Source: Terriglobia bacterium
GTDB taxonomy: Bacteria > Acidobacteriota > Terriglobia > 2-12-FULL-54-10
Length of the DNA: 64,000 nt
NCBI GenBank assembly: GCA_963666975.2
Contig: CAXVYR010000002.1
Coordinates: 1 to 64,000 of the forward strand
Reading direction: 5' to 3'
Within the stretch, counting starts at the first letter, position 1; each line of letters begins with the position of its first letter. The notes under the pieces were generated by a model. The model saw only the letters and a list, made by a program, of their open reading frames with translations. It searched no databases and was not told where the DNA came from. This document shows positions 31,124 to 41,365 of the stretch, piece after piece. Position numbers and translations under genes: made by a program.

Positions 31124-31357
31124 GATGGAACGCTCCTCACGAAGCCGAATAGCATAATTTCAGAATCGATATTTTTGAATCAATGTTTCAGGATGGAACC
31201 GAATGCGCCGCTCGCAGAGAACAAAAGAACATATTTCAGGGAAGAAAAAACACAGCGCCATGCCGGGAGGCGGCTGGCAGACAAATCCTCGCAGCACGCC
31301 GACGCCAGCGGGCGGGCGCGGAAAACCTGCCCGCTCCCGCCTCCCTGCCCAGTTCGT

Positions 31358-32209
31358 CTACAGGTGGAGCGGAGACTCCAAAGTGAACGCCAGACGGGAC
31401 TCTGCCGGAATTCTCACCTCCTCGCCGTGGGTGAGAACTTGGATGGCGGTGCCCGCGCCGGCTCCGGCGGCAGCTCCCTGAGCGGCCCCCTTCCCACCGC
31501 CGAAAATCGCTCCCAGAGCGGCGCCTATCGCAGCGGCCCCGCCGATCCGTTTGGCGCTCTGCGCGCCGCGCGAAGAGCCGGCTTGCGACACCTCGCTGGT
31601 CCGAATCTCGTGCTTCTTGCTCCCAACGGTGATATCCAACAAATCCAGCGTCAGCTCCGAACGCCCTCGCATGCGGCCGGCTTGCTCCACCTCCACGAGT
31701 ATCACGGTCAGATCGGCGCCGCGCGGGACGACGATCCTTCCATCCACAGTCAGCGGTTCATCCAGGCTGGCGCGGAAGGTCTGCCCCATCGCATTCACCT
31801 CGGAATCCACCGGATCGATCATGCGAACCGTGAGCAAGACACCGGCGGGAATCGTTACTCCCGCTGGCGCTGGCTCCGGTGCGGCTCTACGGCTGAAAGT
31901 GCCGCTGCTCGAAGTTCTTCCACTCGACGTCCCGCTGCTGGAGGACGCCGTACGGCCCGCAGCATATGACGGCGCGCGCGAGGACCTGGCAGCCGCCCTG
32001 CTGTCCGGCGTGAAGCTGATACTGTTCACCTCCGATAGCCGGTAATTTTGCAGCCTGCCCTGCACCAGAATGGTTATGTTGGTCTGGTCGGCTGATTGAA
32101 ACTCTCCCGTAACAGACCGCCCGTCTTTCAGCACCATGATGTCGGCAAAGACGCTGCCGGGCAAGCTGCCCGTTAGAACCATTGCCAGAATCCATTTGGA
32201 TATTTTCAT
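31358..32209 (-). CDS. Exported hypothetical protein (TrbI-like beta domain, Gly zipper)
   Basis: Signal peptide, TIPAGVLLTVRMIDPVDS and GAAAIGAALGAIFGGGKGAA. Confidence 0.75.
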   Translation of the reverse strand: MKISKWILAMVLTGSLPGSVFADIMVLKDGRSVTGEFQSADQTNITILVQGRLQNYRLSEVNSISFTPDSRAAARSSRAPSYAAGRTASSSSGTSSGRTSSSGTFSRRAAPEPAPAGVTIPAGVLLTVRMIDPVDSEVNAMGQTFRASLDEPLTVDGRIVVPRGADLTVILVEVEQAGRMRGRSELTLDLLDITVGSKKHEIRTSEVSQAGSSRGAQSAKRIGGAAAIGAALGAIFGGGKGAAQGAAAGAGAGTAIQVLTHGEEVRIPAESRLAFTLESPLHL

Positions 32210-32611
32210 GTCATGCTCCCTTTCTTCTTCAATTCGGTTCGGGTCCCTTTCCGTACTAAGAGTGCGGTTCGCATTTATATTCCCACCCGTTACTTATGAT
32301 GCGCCTGGCGGCATTCACGGTCAACTGATGGGAAAGAAAGTTCCTGACTCGGTACCTACAGGCCGCATTCTTATAGTGCGTCCCCTTTTTTCAAACCCGC
32401 CGCTGGTCCGGAAGTTGCTGTTTTGTACGGAAGCCGAGCTTTCAGCCGACATCTCGCCCTGCTCCTGAGGAAAAAGATTTTTCCTTGGCTTGAAACGGCC
32501 CTGTAGCTGGCATATGATCTTGCCGAAGCGAAGGCCGCAATCCAGTATTCGGCCTCGACCCATTCTATGCGCCAGGGAAAGGCGCAAGGGAAAGGTAAAG
32601 GTAAAGATACG

Positions 32612-33529
32612 ATGAGGATTGGTTTCATCCTGCCCCAGATCGGGCCCGTCGGCTCACCCGAAGCACTGAAGAAGGTAGCCCAACGAGCTGAGAAACTTGG
32701 CTATGACAGCCTGTGGACCACCGAGCGGCTCCTCTATCCGCTGGCGCCCCGCACTCCGTATCCGGCAACTCCCGACGGGGCGCTTCCCGAAGAGTACAAG
32801 CAGTCGCTCGACCCGCTGGAGAGCCTGACCTTCGTCGCGGCGCACACGAAACGCATCGCCCTGGGAACGAGCGTCCTCGATATGCCGTACTACAACCCGG
32901 TGATGCTGGCCCGCCGCCTGACCACGCTGGATGTGCTCTCCGGCGGAAGGCTGCGCGTGGGCTTGGGCCTGGGATGGTCGGTGGACGAGTACGAGGCGAC
33001 CGGAGCGGCTTTCCAAGACCGCGGCGCGCGGGCGGATGAATTCCTCCATGTGCTCAAAACCATCTGGACGACGGACCCGGTCGAGTTCCACGGGAAGTTT
33101 TTTCATATCGCCAAATCAATCGTCCAGCCGAAACCGGTCCAAAAACCGCATCCCCCGATCTACATAGCGGCCTTTGCGCCCAAGGCCCTGGAGCGCGTGG
33201 CGAAAATGTCGGATGGCTGGAACCCGGTCATGATTCCGGTGGAAGGAATGGCGCAGATGTTCGCGGGACTCAAGGAGACGGCGCAAGCCGCGGGGCGGGA
33301 CCCCGCCTCCCTGCAACTGATCGTGCGCGCCAACGTCGTGCTCACTCGAAAGCCGGTCAATAAAATCCGGGGCTTTTTCTGCGGCTCTCTGGAGCAAATC
33401 GGAGAGGACATTGCAGACTGCCGGAAACTCGGCGCTCACGAGCTGTTTTTCGACCCCAGCTTTTCCAAAGACGGCCACTCCCTGGGGCGGCTGCTCAAAC
33501 GCATGAAACAACTCCGCGAGTTGGTCTGA
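32612..33529 (+). CDS. LLM-class (F420-type) oxidoreductase
   Basis: MRIGF, AEKLGYDSLW, DPLESL, TLDVLSGGRL and PKPVQKPHPPI. Confidence 0.9.
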   Translation: MRIGFILPQIGPVGSPEALKKVAQRAEKLGYDSLWTTERLLYPLAPRTPYPATPDGALPEEYKQSLDPLESLTFVAAHTKRIALGTSVLDMPYYNPVMLARRLTTLDVLSGGRLRVGLGLGWSVDEYEATGAAFQDRGARADEFLHVLKTIWTTDPVEFHGKFFHIAKSIVQPKPVQKPHPPIYIAAFAPKALERVAKMSDGWNPVMIPVEGMAQMFAGLKETAQAAGRDPASLQLIVRANVVLTRKPVNKIRGFFCGSLEQIGEDIADCRKLGAHELFFDPSFSKDGHSLGRLLKRMKQLRELV

Positions 33530-33796
33530 TGGAAGCGGCGAACCGACTGACAGTATTGCTCCATCATTGGGCTGATACGCCGTGTCCTGCCGGCATTCAA
33601 CACGTGCACTGGCTGTTCAGCAGGCCAGCCCGCAAACCAACCCAAGGAGCCGCGAGCTGCCACAGGTTTGCTCCCTTTCTGCGGCTCTTAAAAAGAAATC
33701 TTACCAAGCACCAAAAAGTAATACATCATACATATTGGCTTACTAAATTATTTATGGCATACTTACAGCGAAAAAGGTCTGCCAGCAGGAGGAACC

Positions 33797-34033
33797 ATGA
33801 AAGCTGAAGTCTCGACGGTGACAACCAAAGGGCAACTCGTCATTCCGTCCAAACTGCGTCGCAAGTTCGGGATTCGCAAAGGCACGCAGGTAGCTTTCCT
33901 GGCGGAGGACCACAAGCTTGTCTTACAACCGCTGACCCCGCAGTTTATTCGCAGCCTGCGTGGCTCACTGAAAGGCGGGCCGTCGGCCGTCAAGCTGCTC
34001 ATCGAGGATCACAAGCGGGAGCGCGAGCTGTGA
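33797..34033 (+). CDS. vapB: AbrB/MazE-type antitoxin
   Basis: TVTTKGQLVIPSKLRRKFGI; overlaps the PIN gene. Confidence 0.85.
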   Translation: MKAEVSTVTTKGQLVIPSKLRRKFGIRKGTQVAFLAEDHKLVLQPLTPQFIRSLRGSLKGGPSAVKLLIEDHKREREL

Positions 34034-34437
34034 AGCGGGTGGTGCTGGATGCAAGCGCGATTATGACGTTTTTCGAGGATCGGCCCGGCGCTCAAAAAAT
34101 TCAGGATTTACTGGGCCAGGCAGTCGAAGGCAAGGCCGAACTCCTGATGAGCGTCGTGAACTGGGGCGAGGTCTACTACTCCATTTGGCGCACAAAGGGC
34201 AAAGAAGCGGCGGGACGAACTTTGGCGGAAATTGCCCAGTTGCCTATAGAAATCGTGGACGCCGATTCCGAATTGACAAAACTCGCTGCCGCGTTCCGCG
34301 CGCAACACAAGCTGCCTTACGCCGACTGCTTCGTAGCCGCGCTGGCCCGGCAGCGCAAAGCGATGCTGGCAACAGTCGACAAAGACTTTGCGCAGGTGGA
34401 GCAGATTGTAAAAGTCTTGTGGACCACCGCGGGTTAA
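34030..34437 (+). CDS. vapC: PIN-domain toxin
   Basis: VVLDASA, NWGEV, YADCF and TVDKDF. Confidence 0.88.
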   Translation: MKRVVLDASAIMTFFEDRPGAQKIQDLLGQAVEGKAELLMSVVNWGEVYYSIWRTKGKEAAGRTLAEIAQLPIEIVDADSELTKLAAAFRAQHKLPYADCFVAALARQRKAMLATVDKDFAQVEQIVKVLWTTAG

Positions 34438-34441
34438 TTCG

Positions 34442-35242
34442 ATGAACACAAAGGAACTCAATAATAATATTGATATCTCCCTTTTCGCGCTTTGCCTGTT
34501 GGCGGGCCTGCTGCTGGCTGCGCCCGCGAGTAGCTTTGCCCAGTCCTTGGCCCAGTCCTCGGCCCAGTCTCAGCCATCAAATTTTACCGACGAGTTGTGG
34601 AGCGAGATTCAGCCGCTCTACGCCAAGACGCTGGAGCATCCCTTCCTCACCGAAATGGCTGACGGTATGCTGCCGCAGGAAAAATTTCAATACTACCTGA
34701 TCCAGGACGCGCACTACCTGCGCCGCTTTTCGCACGCCTTGAGCGTGCTGGCGGCCAAGGCCCCGCGCCCTGAGTGGAGCGTGACCTTGAACGAGCACGC
34801 CGCCGAAACGCTGCAGGGCGAGCAACAACTGCATCTTTCCATTGGAAAAAGCTTCGGTGTATCGCCCGAGGAGTTTATCTCGGCCACGGTAGCGCCGTTG
34901 AACACGGCCTACACGAACCATTTGATTGCCGCCGCCTATTCCCGCCCCTTTGCAGAAGGTCTGGCCGCGTTGCTGCCCTGCTACTGGATTTACTGGGAAG
35001 TCGGAAAACAGATGGTGCAGAAGGGATCGAAGGTCCCTTACTATCAACGATGGATCGACCAGTATGCGGGAGAAGAGTACGGCCAGCAGGTACAAACCGT
35101 CCTGGATATGATGAATGCGCTGGCTGCGGAGCAGGATGCTCCATCCCGGCAGCGGATGCGGCAGTTGTTTGTCACCTCTGCCCGTTACGAATGGATGTTT
35201 TGGGACATGGCCTACCGGCTGGAGAGATGGCCTCCACCCTAG
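34442..35242 (+). CDS. tenA: Thiaminase II/TenA with an N-terminal signal-peptide-like extension
   Basis: HPF, YLIQDAHYL, LLPCYWIY, WIDQY and YEWMFWDMAY. Confidence 0.9.
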   Translation: MNTKELNNNIDISLFALCLLAGLLLAAPASSFAQSLAQSSAQSQPSNFTDELWSEIQPLYAKTLEHPFLTEMADGMLPQEKFQYYLIQDAHYLRRFSHALSVLAAKAPRPEWSVTLNEHAAETLQGEQQLHLSIGKSFGVSPEEFISATVAPLNTAYTNHLIAAAYSRPFAEGLAALLPCYWIYWEVGKQMVQKGSKVPYYQRWIDQYAGEEYGQQVQTVLDMMNALAAEQDAPSRQRMRQLFVTSARYEWMFWDMAYRLERWPPP

Positions 35243-35384
35243 CTTATCGTTCATCCGCGCTACATCCCAGATCCCAGACCCCATTCCCAGCCGCCTTGAA
35301 CCAACCCCCTACGCTAGTTCCTTAGAAGATACATTTTCCGTAGAGCGCCTTTCGGTTTGACAGTGTTTTGGGCGCTTTGTTAGT

Positions 35385-36368
35385 GTGGATTGGGTCGTTG
35401 TTTGCAAACAGCTATATGCAAATAGCGGGAGACAGCTACATTTCGGGGGTGGAGAAATGGGTCCGATATTTTCAGTTCTGTTTGTTCTTAGCCTGGGGCT
35501 GATCTCGGTGTTCGCCGAAGGAGTGGCGGTTCAGGAAGCGAGCGCGCAAGCCTCGATGACCGCCCCGGTGGGCCAGGCTCCCACTACATCAGACATGTAT
35601 TGCGCCGGTTTTTTCACCAACATCCCGGTGGACGCATCGCTTGAAATATTGAGCGGCGAGGCCGCCGGCTACCAGAACGAATTTATGGAGCGCGACATCG
35701 TTTACCTGAACAAGGGGAGAGAACGGATCACCACCCCCGGCGTCGAATATATGGTGGTTCGTCCCACCCGCGACATCAACCCCCGCGAATCCTTCGAAGG
35801 ACAGCAAGAAATTCTAAAGACGATGGGAACTCTCTATACGGAGGTCGCGCGCATCCAGGTCCAAATCGTTCATGAGGCAAGCGCCACCGCAGAGGTAGTC
35901 TTTGCCTGCGAACCCATCCTCAAGGGAGACATCGCGATCCCTCTCAGCGCCCGCCAAGCACCGCCTTTTAAGTCGCCGTAACCGTTCGACCGGTTCGCGC
36001 CTCCTTCCGGGAAGCCCACCGGGGTGATCGTTGTCGGCAAGGAGTTTCAACAGGCTGCGGGGGAAGGCCATGTGGTATATCTCAACGTGGGAAGCGGCCA
36101 GGGCGCGCGGGTGGGAAGTTATTTCCGCATTTTCCGGTCCTACGTCAGCAATGACAAAGACCCTTATCAGCAGAACACGCGCCAGTACGCCACTGACGTG
36201 CAGGGGATGCGCTTGGGCCGCAAGCTCACCCCGCAAGAGAGCGCCACTTTGCCGCGCACGGTGATCGGGGAGTTGCTCGTTCTTTCCGTGCAAGAGAACA
36301 GTTCTACCGGGATTATCACCTATAGCCGGGAGGAAGTTTACCCCGGTCATGAGGTTGAGCTCGAATAG
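35385..36368 (+). pseudogene. Exported hypothetical protein with an in-frame TAA at 35979-35981
   Basis: ORFs 35385-35981 and 36024-36368 share a frame. DMYCAGF, VYLNKG/VYLNVG and IGELLVL repeat an internal domain pattern. Confidence 0.65.
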
Positions 36369-36381
36369 ACGCTCTTGCAGC

Positions 36382-36945
36382 TCACATATCTTCCGCAGGC
36401 AAGGAATTCTCGCTAAAGACCTCGGCCATAAACGCCTCGATTGTGGCGCCGTGTTGCCAGGCGTCCCGTGACAAGCCGGCCTTGTGGCAGGTTTCTTCCA
36501 GAAACTGCTGCGGACTCCAGTTGGCGCTGACGGCTACCTGCGGCAACAGCAAACCGTGGGCGCGTTCCAGACTGACCACCAACCCGTGAACTCCCACCTG
36601 AATTTCTTCCAGGCTGACCTTTTGGGAGGAAGAGAGGACAGAGATCTCCACTTCCATACCGGAGATCTCCTCAGGGCGCACAGGGTCAAAGCGAGTATCC
36701 TTCAGGGCGGCGGCCGCCGCTGCCTCTATTACGGTTTTATATAAAGCTTTCACCGGCCGGGCAAATCCCACGCAACCCCGCAAGCGACTCTCCCGGTGCA
36801 GGCTCACAAAAGCGCCTCTCCGCTCGCGCAAGGGACCGACAGCAACGTCGGGTTCTTCCATCCTGTCCCCAGAGACGGCGGTTTCCAGGCTCTGCCGCGC
36901 CAGCCGCAACAGAAAACCTTTTTCCTTATTGGTGAGTGGGGAGAT
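36382..36945 (-). CDS. AMMECR1-family (AmmeMemoRadiSam protein A)
   Basis: GAFVSL, LRGCVG, DTRF, EISVLS, GLLLPQV and KAGL. Start uncertain (ATC at 36945). Confidence 0.88.
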   Translation of the reverse strand: MSPLTNKEKGFLLRLARQSLETAVSGDRMEEPDVAVGPLRERRGAFVSLHRESRLRGCVGFARPVKALYKTVIEAAAAAALKDTRFDPVRPEEISGMEVEISVLSSSQKVSLEEIQVGVHGLVVSLERAHGLLLPQVAVSANWSPQQFLEETCHKAGLSRDAWQHGATIEAFMAEVFSENSLPAEDM

Positions 36946-37534
36946 CCCCTTTTCGAGGTTTGCCAAAGCCGAATAAAGAAGGCCCGATCTGCCGCCAGTT
37001 GATCGGGCTATCCACCTTGTTCCAGAATTGACGAAAGTATTGGGCTCCGGAGAGCAGCGCAAAAAAGACCACCACCCAAAGCAGCCAGTGTCCGACCGTC
37101 TGTAACATCTCAAATCGGATGCTCAAAATGATGGCGGTAATGGCGAATACCTGCATCACCATCTTCAGTTTTCCCAGATCCGAGACCGCGATCACAAAAC
37201 CCTGCGCCAAAGCGACGTTCCGGAGGCCGGTGACCGCAAATTCCCGTCCCAGGATAATCACCACCATCCAGGCCGGCACCAACTGCATCTCGACCAGCGC
37301 GATGAATGCCGAAGCAACCAGCAGTTTATCGGCCACCGGGTCCAGCCAGGTTCCCAGCGCGGTGATTTCACGTCTTTTCCGGGCAAAGTACCCGTCCAGC
37401 CAGTCCGTCACCGCAGCCGCCAGAAAAATGGCTGCGCCGATAAACTCCTTGTTGGGAACACGCGTCAGCAGGACCACAACCAGCAGAGGGATCAGGAAAA
37501 TTCGGACGAGGGTGAGAAAATTCGAGAGATTCAT
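36926..37534 (-). CDS. pgsA: CDP-diacylglycerol--glycerol-3-phosphate 3-phosphatidyltransferase
   Basis: TDWLDGYFAR..G..LDPVADKLL CDP-alcohol phosphotransferase motif. Confidence 0.93.
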   Translation of the reverse strand: MNLSNFLTLVRIFLIPLLVVVLLTRVPNKEFIGAAIFLAAAVTDWLDGYFARKRREITALGTWLDPVADKLLVASAFIALVEMQLVPAWMVVIILGREFAVTGLRNVALAQGFVIAVSDLGKLKMVMQVFAITAIILSIRFEMLQTVGHWLLWVVVFFALLSGAQYFRQFWNKVDSPINWRQIGPSLFGFGKPRKGDLPTHQ

Positions 37535-37730
37535 GGGCCTGGCTCAAAGGGTCCGCTTCGTTTCACCAGCGGCAAGGCCACCAACGGCAAGGCCTCCCTA
37601 GCGGCCCGAGCAATTGCTTGCAAGGTCTTTTGTAAAGTCCGCGCCGCGCATTTCACTACAAAAGGCCGCTACAGAAGGTTTCGCCGACTTCGGCGCGGCT
37701 GCCCGCAACTGCCACTATAGCCAAGCTCCC

Positions 37731-38234
37731 CTACCCTGTCAAAGAGATTTCACCGTTGGGAAAGCGGGCAGGGCCTGTCCCTCTGTCTTTGTTATTCCGA
37801 ACTCGCTTGCAGTTCGTTGAGGTTGTCTTTGTTATTCCGAACTCGCTTGCAGTTCGTTGATGTCTGTTCTGCAGCAACGTGCTCAGGCAGGCGACCATCC
37901 TGTCCCAGCGCTCCCGGCGGGCCGGGTCCGTCTCTTGGTCCAACTTTTCGTAATATACTTCGAGGCTATCCCGAAAGGTTCCCTGCAGCTCTAGGGCTTT
38001 CTTGAGCTCCGCCTGAGGCCCGGTCAGTTGTTCGGTGGCGGCTGGAGCTGCCTGGGCAGCTTCGGCGGCAGCCGGTTGTTGCTGCTCCGCAGCAGCTTCG
38101 CGGGCAGCAGGCCTGCTCGGCCGGCTACGCGACATATCCTCGTTGGTGAAGACTTTCCCTCGCTGGGCGTAGGCGGCAACTGCCAGAAATAACAGCGCCG
38201 TCGCAAGGACGGCATATCGGACGGAAATCATCAA
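37731..38234 (-). CDS. Exported hypothetical protein; 3' end disturbed by a tandem duplication
   Basis: Signal peptide and KVFTNED motif; 37-bp unit repeated at 37784-37820 and 37824-37860. Confidence 0.6.
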   Translation of the reverse strand: MMISVRYAVLATALLFLAVAAYAQRGKVFTNEDMSRSRPSRPAAREAAAEQQQPAAAEAAQAAPAATEQLTGPQAELKKALELQGTFRDSLEVYYEKLDQETDPARRERWDRMVACLSTLLQNRHQRTASEFGITKTTSTNCKRVRNNKDRGTGPARFPNGEISLTG

Positions 38235-38253
38235 ATTACCTCCAGATACTTTT

Positions 38254-38412
38254 AGAAGTCATGAGTCAGAAGCCAGAAGGCTTTGGCGAAAAGTTTTGAA
38301 AAGGACGGCGGCCAGGGAGGTGGAGACTGACATTAGCATCTAACCACCTTTTTGGAGGCTCAGTTACTTCCGACTTCTGGCTCCTGACTTCTATCTTCTG
38401 TCTCCTGACTCC
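38254..38412. repeat. Inverted arrays of degenerate heptamers (AGAAGTC / GACTTCT), REP-like
   Basis: AGAAGTCATGAGTCAGAAGCCAGAAG ... CCGACTTCTGGCTCCTGACTTCT..CTCCTGACT. Confidence 0.5.
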
Positions 38413-38420
38413 TTGTTCGA

Positions 38421-39845
38421 CTAATAATTCAGCGACAACAACTGCAACTGCATGTAGCCGCCCGGCGGCTCCGTCATATCGGTGTTGTATTGAATCTGCA
38501 GGTTCCCACCGCCTTCAGTAACAAAAGACGGGCTCCCCAAGTTGCCTGTGGCTCCGCACGTGGTGGTATTGGCGATGAAGATACCGCCGGTGATGACGCC
38601 GGTGCCGCCGCCGGTTACCCGCAGCCGACCGTTTCCGATCACAAATATAATCCCATCCCAAGTGGGGAATCCGTTGAAGGTCAAATCGCCGGTAACCAGC
38701 AAGATGCCCGCGCCAGGCAAGTCACTGGCCGAAAGGCTCGCGTCTCCATCGACCACATTGATTATAGGATTGCCCACCGAACCCGGGTCAGGAAGAGAGG
38801 AGACAGGCCCGTCCTGGAAGTAGTCAGCGCTTGCCGTGAGGGTGTTGACAATCGAGTTGAGACCGGCACAGTCCGAGAACACATCGGCCAAATCCCCGCT
38901 CACGTTCTGGACGTCCGCCGGAGGTCCGGCTCCGCCTTCGCCGGGATAGTCATCCTGCTTCTGCTTTGGGATGCTATTTCGTAATGAGTTGGCATCCCCA
39001 TTATCAATTGTGCCGACAGCCGGACCATCGTCTCCCTGGGCGCCGTCATCGACCCCCGAAATGAAGGAGGGGGTCGAGTTGGGCCCGTTAAACGTAGGGT
39101 TGGGCCCGTTCAGCGTCAGCGGCCCCGGAAGAGGCGGTAGCATTCCGTAGGAGGATACTTGGCGGATAAACCTGCGCGCTCCACCCCGATCGATGGACAA
39201 TGCCGTCAGGACATACACGGGAGCAAAGTCAGGGACACATTGAGGGAAACCTACGGGGGCCAGCATAAGGTTCTCCCCGTCATAGCAGACCCAGATGGCG
39301 TCGTCCAGACCGGCCAGCACGCCCGGAGTCACTAGGTTCCGGTTCAGCTTTCTTTGCGTGGCCACCACGGCCTTTGCCCACACATAGGGCACCTGCCCCG
39401 CATCCTGCGCAGTGGGCCTGAAGTTTACCGTGGGCGTCAGCGCGCGCGTTGGATCCACGCAATCTATAGGACCAACCGGAGTGTTGAACAAGCAGGGGAC
39501 TACCGTGGGGTCAATGCCAGGGTTCAACCGAATATAGGTGGCTGTAGTTGTGTTGGGAGGAGCAGGAATTTGAATGGCTGGCACAGCGTTCGGCCCCATC
39601 CGTCCCCGGATTTCCTCCAACCCGCCCCGCGAGGCATAAAAGGCCATCTCCGAGCTTCGGAAGTTGGCGTGGATGAGAGTTTCCGTCGAGGAGGAGACCA
39701 TCAAAGCAAAGCCGACTGCGGTGAGAACCCCCATCGCCAGCAAGGCAATAATTAATGCGATGCCCCGCTCCTGGTTCCGCTGGATTGGCTGCTGATTAAA
39801 AATTTTCTTGTTCGTCAGGCCCTCCTGGTTGACCCTGACAGGCAA
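38421..39845 (-). CDS. PilX-like type IV pilus minor pilin
   Basis: ERG|IALIIALL prepilin-like site lacking Glu5, and AFYASRGGLE. Confidence 0.8.
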   Translation of the reverse strand: MPVRVNQEGLTNKKIFNQQPIQRNQERGIALIIALLAMGVLTAVGFALMVSSSTETLIHANFRSSEMAFYASRGGLEEIRGRMGPNAVPAIQIPAPPNTTTATYIRLNPGIDPTVVPCLFNTPVGPIDCVDPTRALTPTVNFRPTAQDAGQVPYVWAKAVVATQRKLNRNLVTPGVLAGLDDAIWVCYDGENLMLAPVGFPQCVPDFAPVYVLTALSIDRGGARRFIRQVSSYGMLPPLPGPLTLNGPNPTFNGPNSTPSFISGVDDGAQGDDGPAVGTIDNGDANSLRNSIPKQKQDDYPGEGGAGPPADVQNVSGDLADVFSDCAGLNSIVNTLTASADYFQDGPVSSLPDPGSVGNPIINVVDGDASLSASDLPGAGILLVTGDLTFNGFPTWDGIIFVIGNGRLRVTGGGTGVITGGIFIANTTTCGATGNLGSPSFVTEGGGNLQIQYNTDMTEPPGGYMQLQLLSLNY

Positions 39846-39860
39846 GAATGCCTGTCCTGG

Positions 39861-40472
39861 TTATCTCATCTGCACGGCCCGCACATTGGCGGGAAGAAAG
39901 TTGGCTCCGGCCGGGAGGGGGGTCATCTGGGCCGCGACTATAACGGTCTTGATGCCGTTGGCGTTCTGGTAGATGTTCCACCGAACATCGAAGGTGCCTG
40001 TATTGACCCGGACATTGTTGCCGCCGATCGGGTCAACAATGGTGTATGTCCGGTAGTATACGGGCGTGCCAAGAGGAGGCGGGGGCGGGGGCGGAATTGT
40101 AAAATCAATGTTGCCAGTGGCGGGATCGAGCGGCGCTCCCGAGCGCACCAAGTCGGTTGTATCGAGGTCCGTCACGTTGACCAGCACGGGAGCATTCAGC
40201 CCCGGATTGTCGCTGCCGTCGGTGAAGCTTACGACCCCTGGAGGCTGGGCGAGTATCTGCTCCAACTGCCGCAAGGCTACAAAGGTTGCTGTCGTGTCGA
40301 CGCGCGAGCGGTAGTCATTTTCGGTCGCGAAGGGAACCATCACAGCCAAGCCCATGACCCCGACACTCAATATCCCGATGGCAAACAGGACCTCCATCAA
40401 GGTAAAGCCGCGCGATCCCTTTTGCCGTGACCATTTTTGCCGTTCAACAGATTGTGCGCTGTGTTCAAACAT
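39861..40472 (-). CDS. PilV-like prepilin
   Basis: RG|FTLMEVLFAIGIL N-methylation motif. Confidence 0.85.
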   Translation of the reverse strand: MFEHSAQSVERQKWSRQKGSRGFTLMEVLFAIGILSVGVMGLAVMVPFATENDYRSRVDTTATFVALRQLEQILAQPPGVVSFTDGSDNPGLNAPVLVNVTDLDTTDLVRSGAPLDPATGNIDFTIPPPPPPPLGTPVYYRTYTIVDPIGGNNVRVNTGTFDVRWNIYQNANGIKTVIVAAQMTPLPAGANFLPANVRAVQMR

Positions 40473-40484
40473 ATGCGTCCTCGC

Positions 40485-40796
40485 TTACCGATCCGGATTC
40501 ACCCGATGAGCCAGCCCGAACATCTCGACATTCTGAAATATACCTGTAGCCGGGTCCCTCACCGCTGTCTGCGCCTGCAAGTTGATCATCACCACCCGTG
40601 TGTTCCGGGGCGCGGCGAGAGTGCTGTTGACCTGCGGCATGGTGGGACATCCGGCAGGAGCTACCGCCGGAGGCGCCGGACAAAAAGTGAAGATCGGAAC
40701 GGCCAGAGTGCAGTTCATCACATTTCCCAGATACAGCTCGAAAACGGGCGCCGCCGCCCCGCCCCCGGCAGGCTTCGGCAGCTCGCTGCGCATCAA
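40485..40796 (-). pseudogene. 3' fragment of a PilW-like pilin truncated by IS3
   Basis: Frame ends NTRVVMINLQAQT..RDPATG..VNPDR* just before the PilV-like gene; its 5' part is replaced by IS sequence. Confidence 0.55.
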
Positions 40797-41360
40797 TGCG
40801 TCAGGGCTTGTTGGACAGGTAGAGGGTAATAGTTAAGGTGATGTTTTTGGCTCATCGTAGAGACTGAAAGGAACGAAGATGGAGACAAAAACAAGACGAC
40901 AGGGGGGCGGTCGAGAAGGCCGTCCGGGAGATCAAACGCAGGACGCGGCGCAGGTTCAGCCCGGAAGACAAAATCCGCATTGTATTGCAGGGACTTCGCG
41001 GCGAGGACAGCATCGCGGAGCTGTGCCGCCGCGAGGGGCTGCACCAGAACCAGTATTACCGCTGGAGCAAGGAGTTTCTGGAGGCTGGCCGCAAGCGGCT
41101 GGCGGGCGACATAGACCGTGAGGCAACCAGTGGCGAAGTCAAGACTCTGCGGGAGCAGGCCGTAAGCTGGAGGCCCTGGCCGAGGCTATGCAATCGCCTG
41201 CTAAAAAAAAGCGTGATCGGGGATGGGGAGGAACATACATGAGATACCCTGCCTCGGAGAAGCTGGAGATATCTGCACTGGAGCAATCTGCCCTGGGCGC
41301 GCCGGGATAGCCCGCCAGGCGAAGCTGGGCTGGAAGACCAAACCCGATCCTGGTTCACCG
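40797..41360 (+). mobile_element. Partial IS3-family element (orfA and start of orfB)
   Basis: TRRRFSPEDKIRIVL.GLRGEDSIAELCRREG..YYRWSKEFLEAG, an A-run near 41203, then MRYPASEKLEI. A core fragment LLSDNGPCY recurs near 42490. Confidence 0.8.
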
Positions 41361-41365
41361 ATTCC

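Noticed and set aside
35979-35981. Programmed stop-codon readthrough or recoding
   Set aside because: A single TAA, not TGA or TAG; TAA is a normal stop elsewhere and the window has many apparent errors.
36943-36945. Non-canonical ATC start for the AMMECR1 gene
   Set aside because: Cannot be told apart from a one-base error or an alternative start.
37784-37860. 37-bp tandem repeat as a functional element
   Set aside because: Two copies inside a gene 3' end causing a frameshift; most likely slippage or a consensus artefact.
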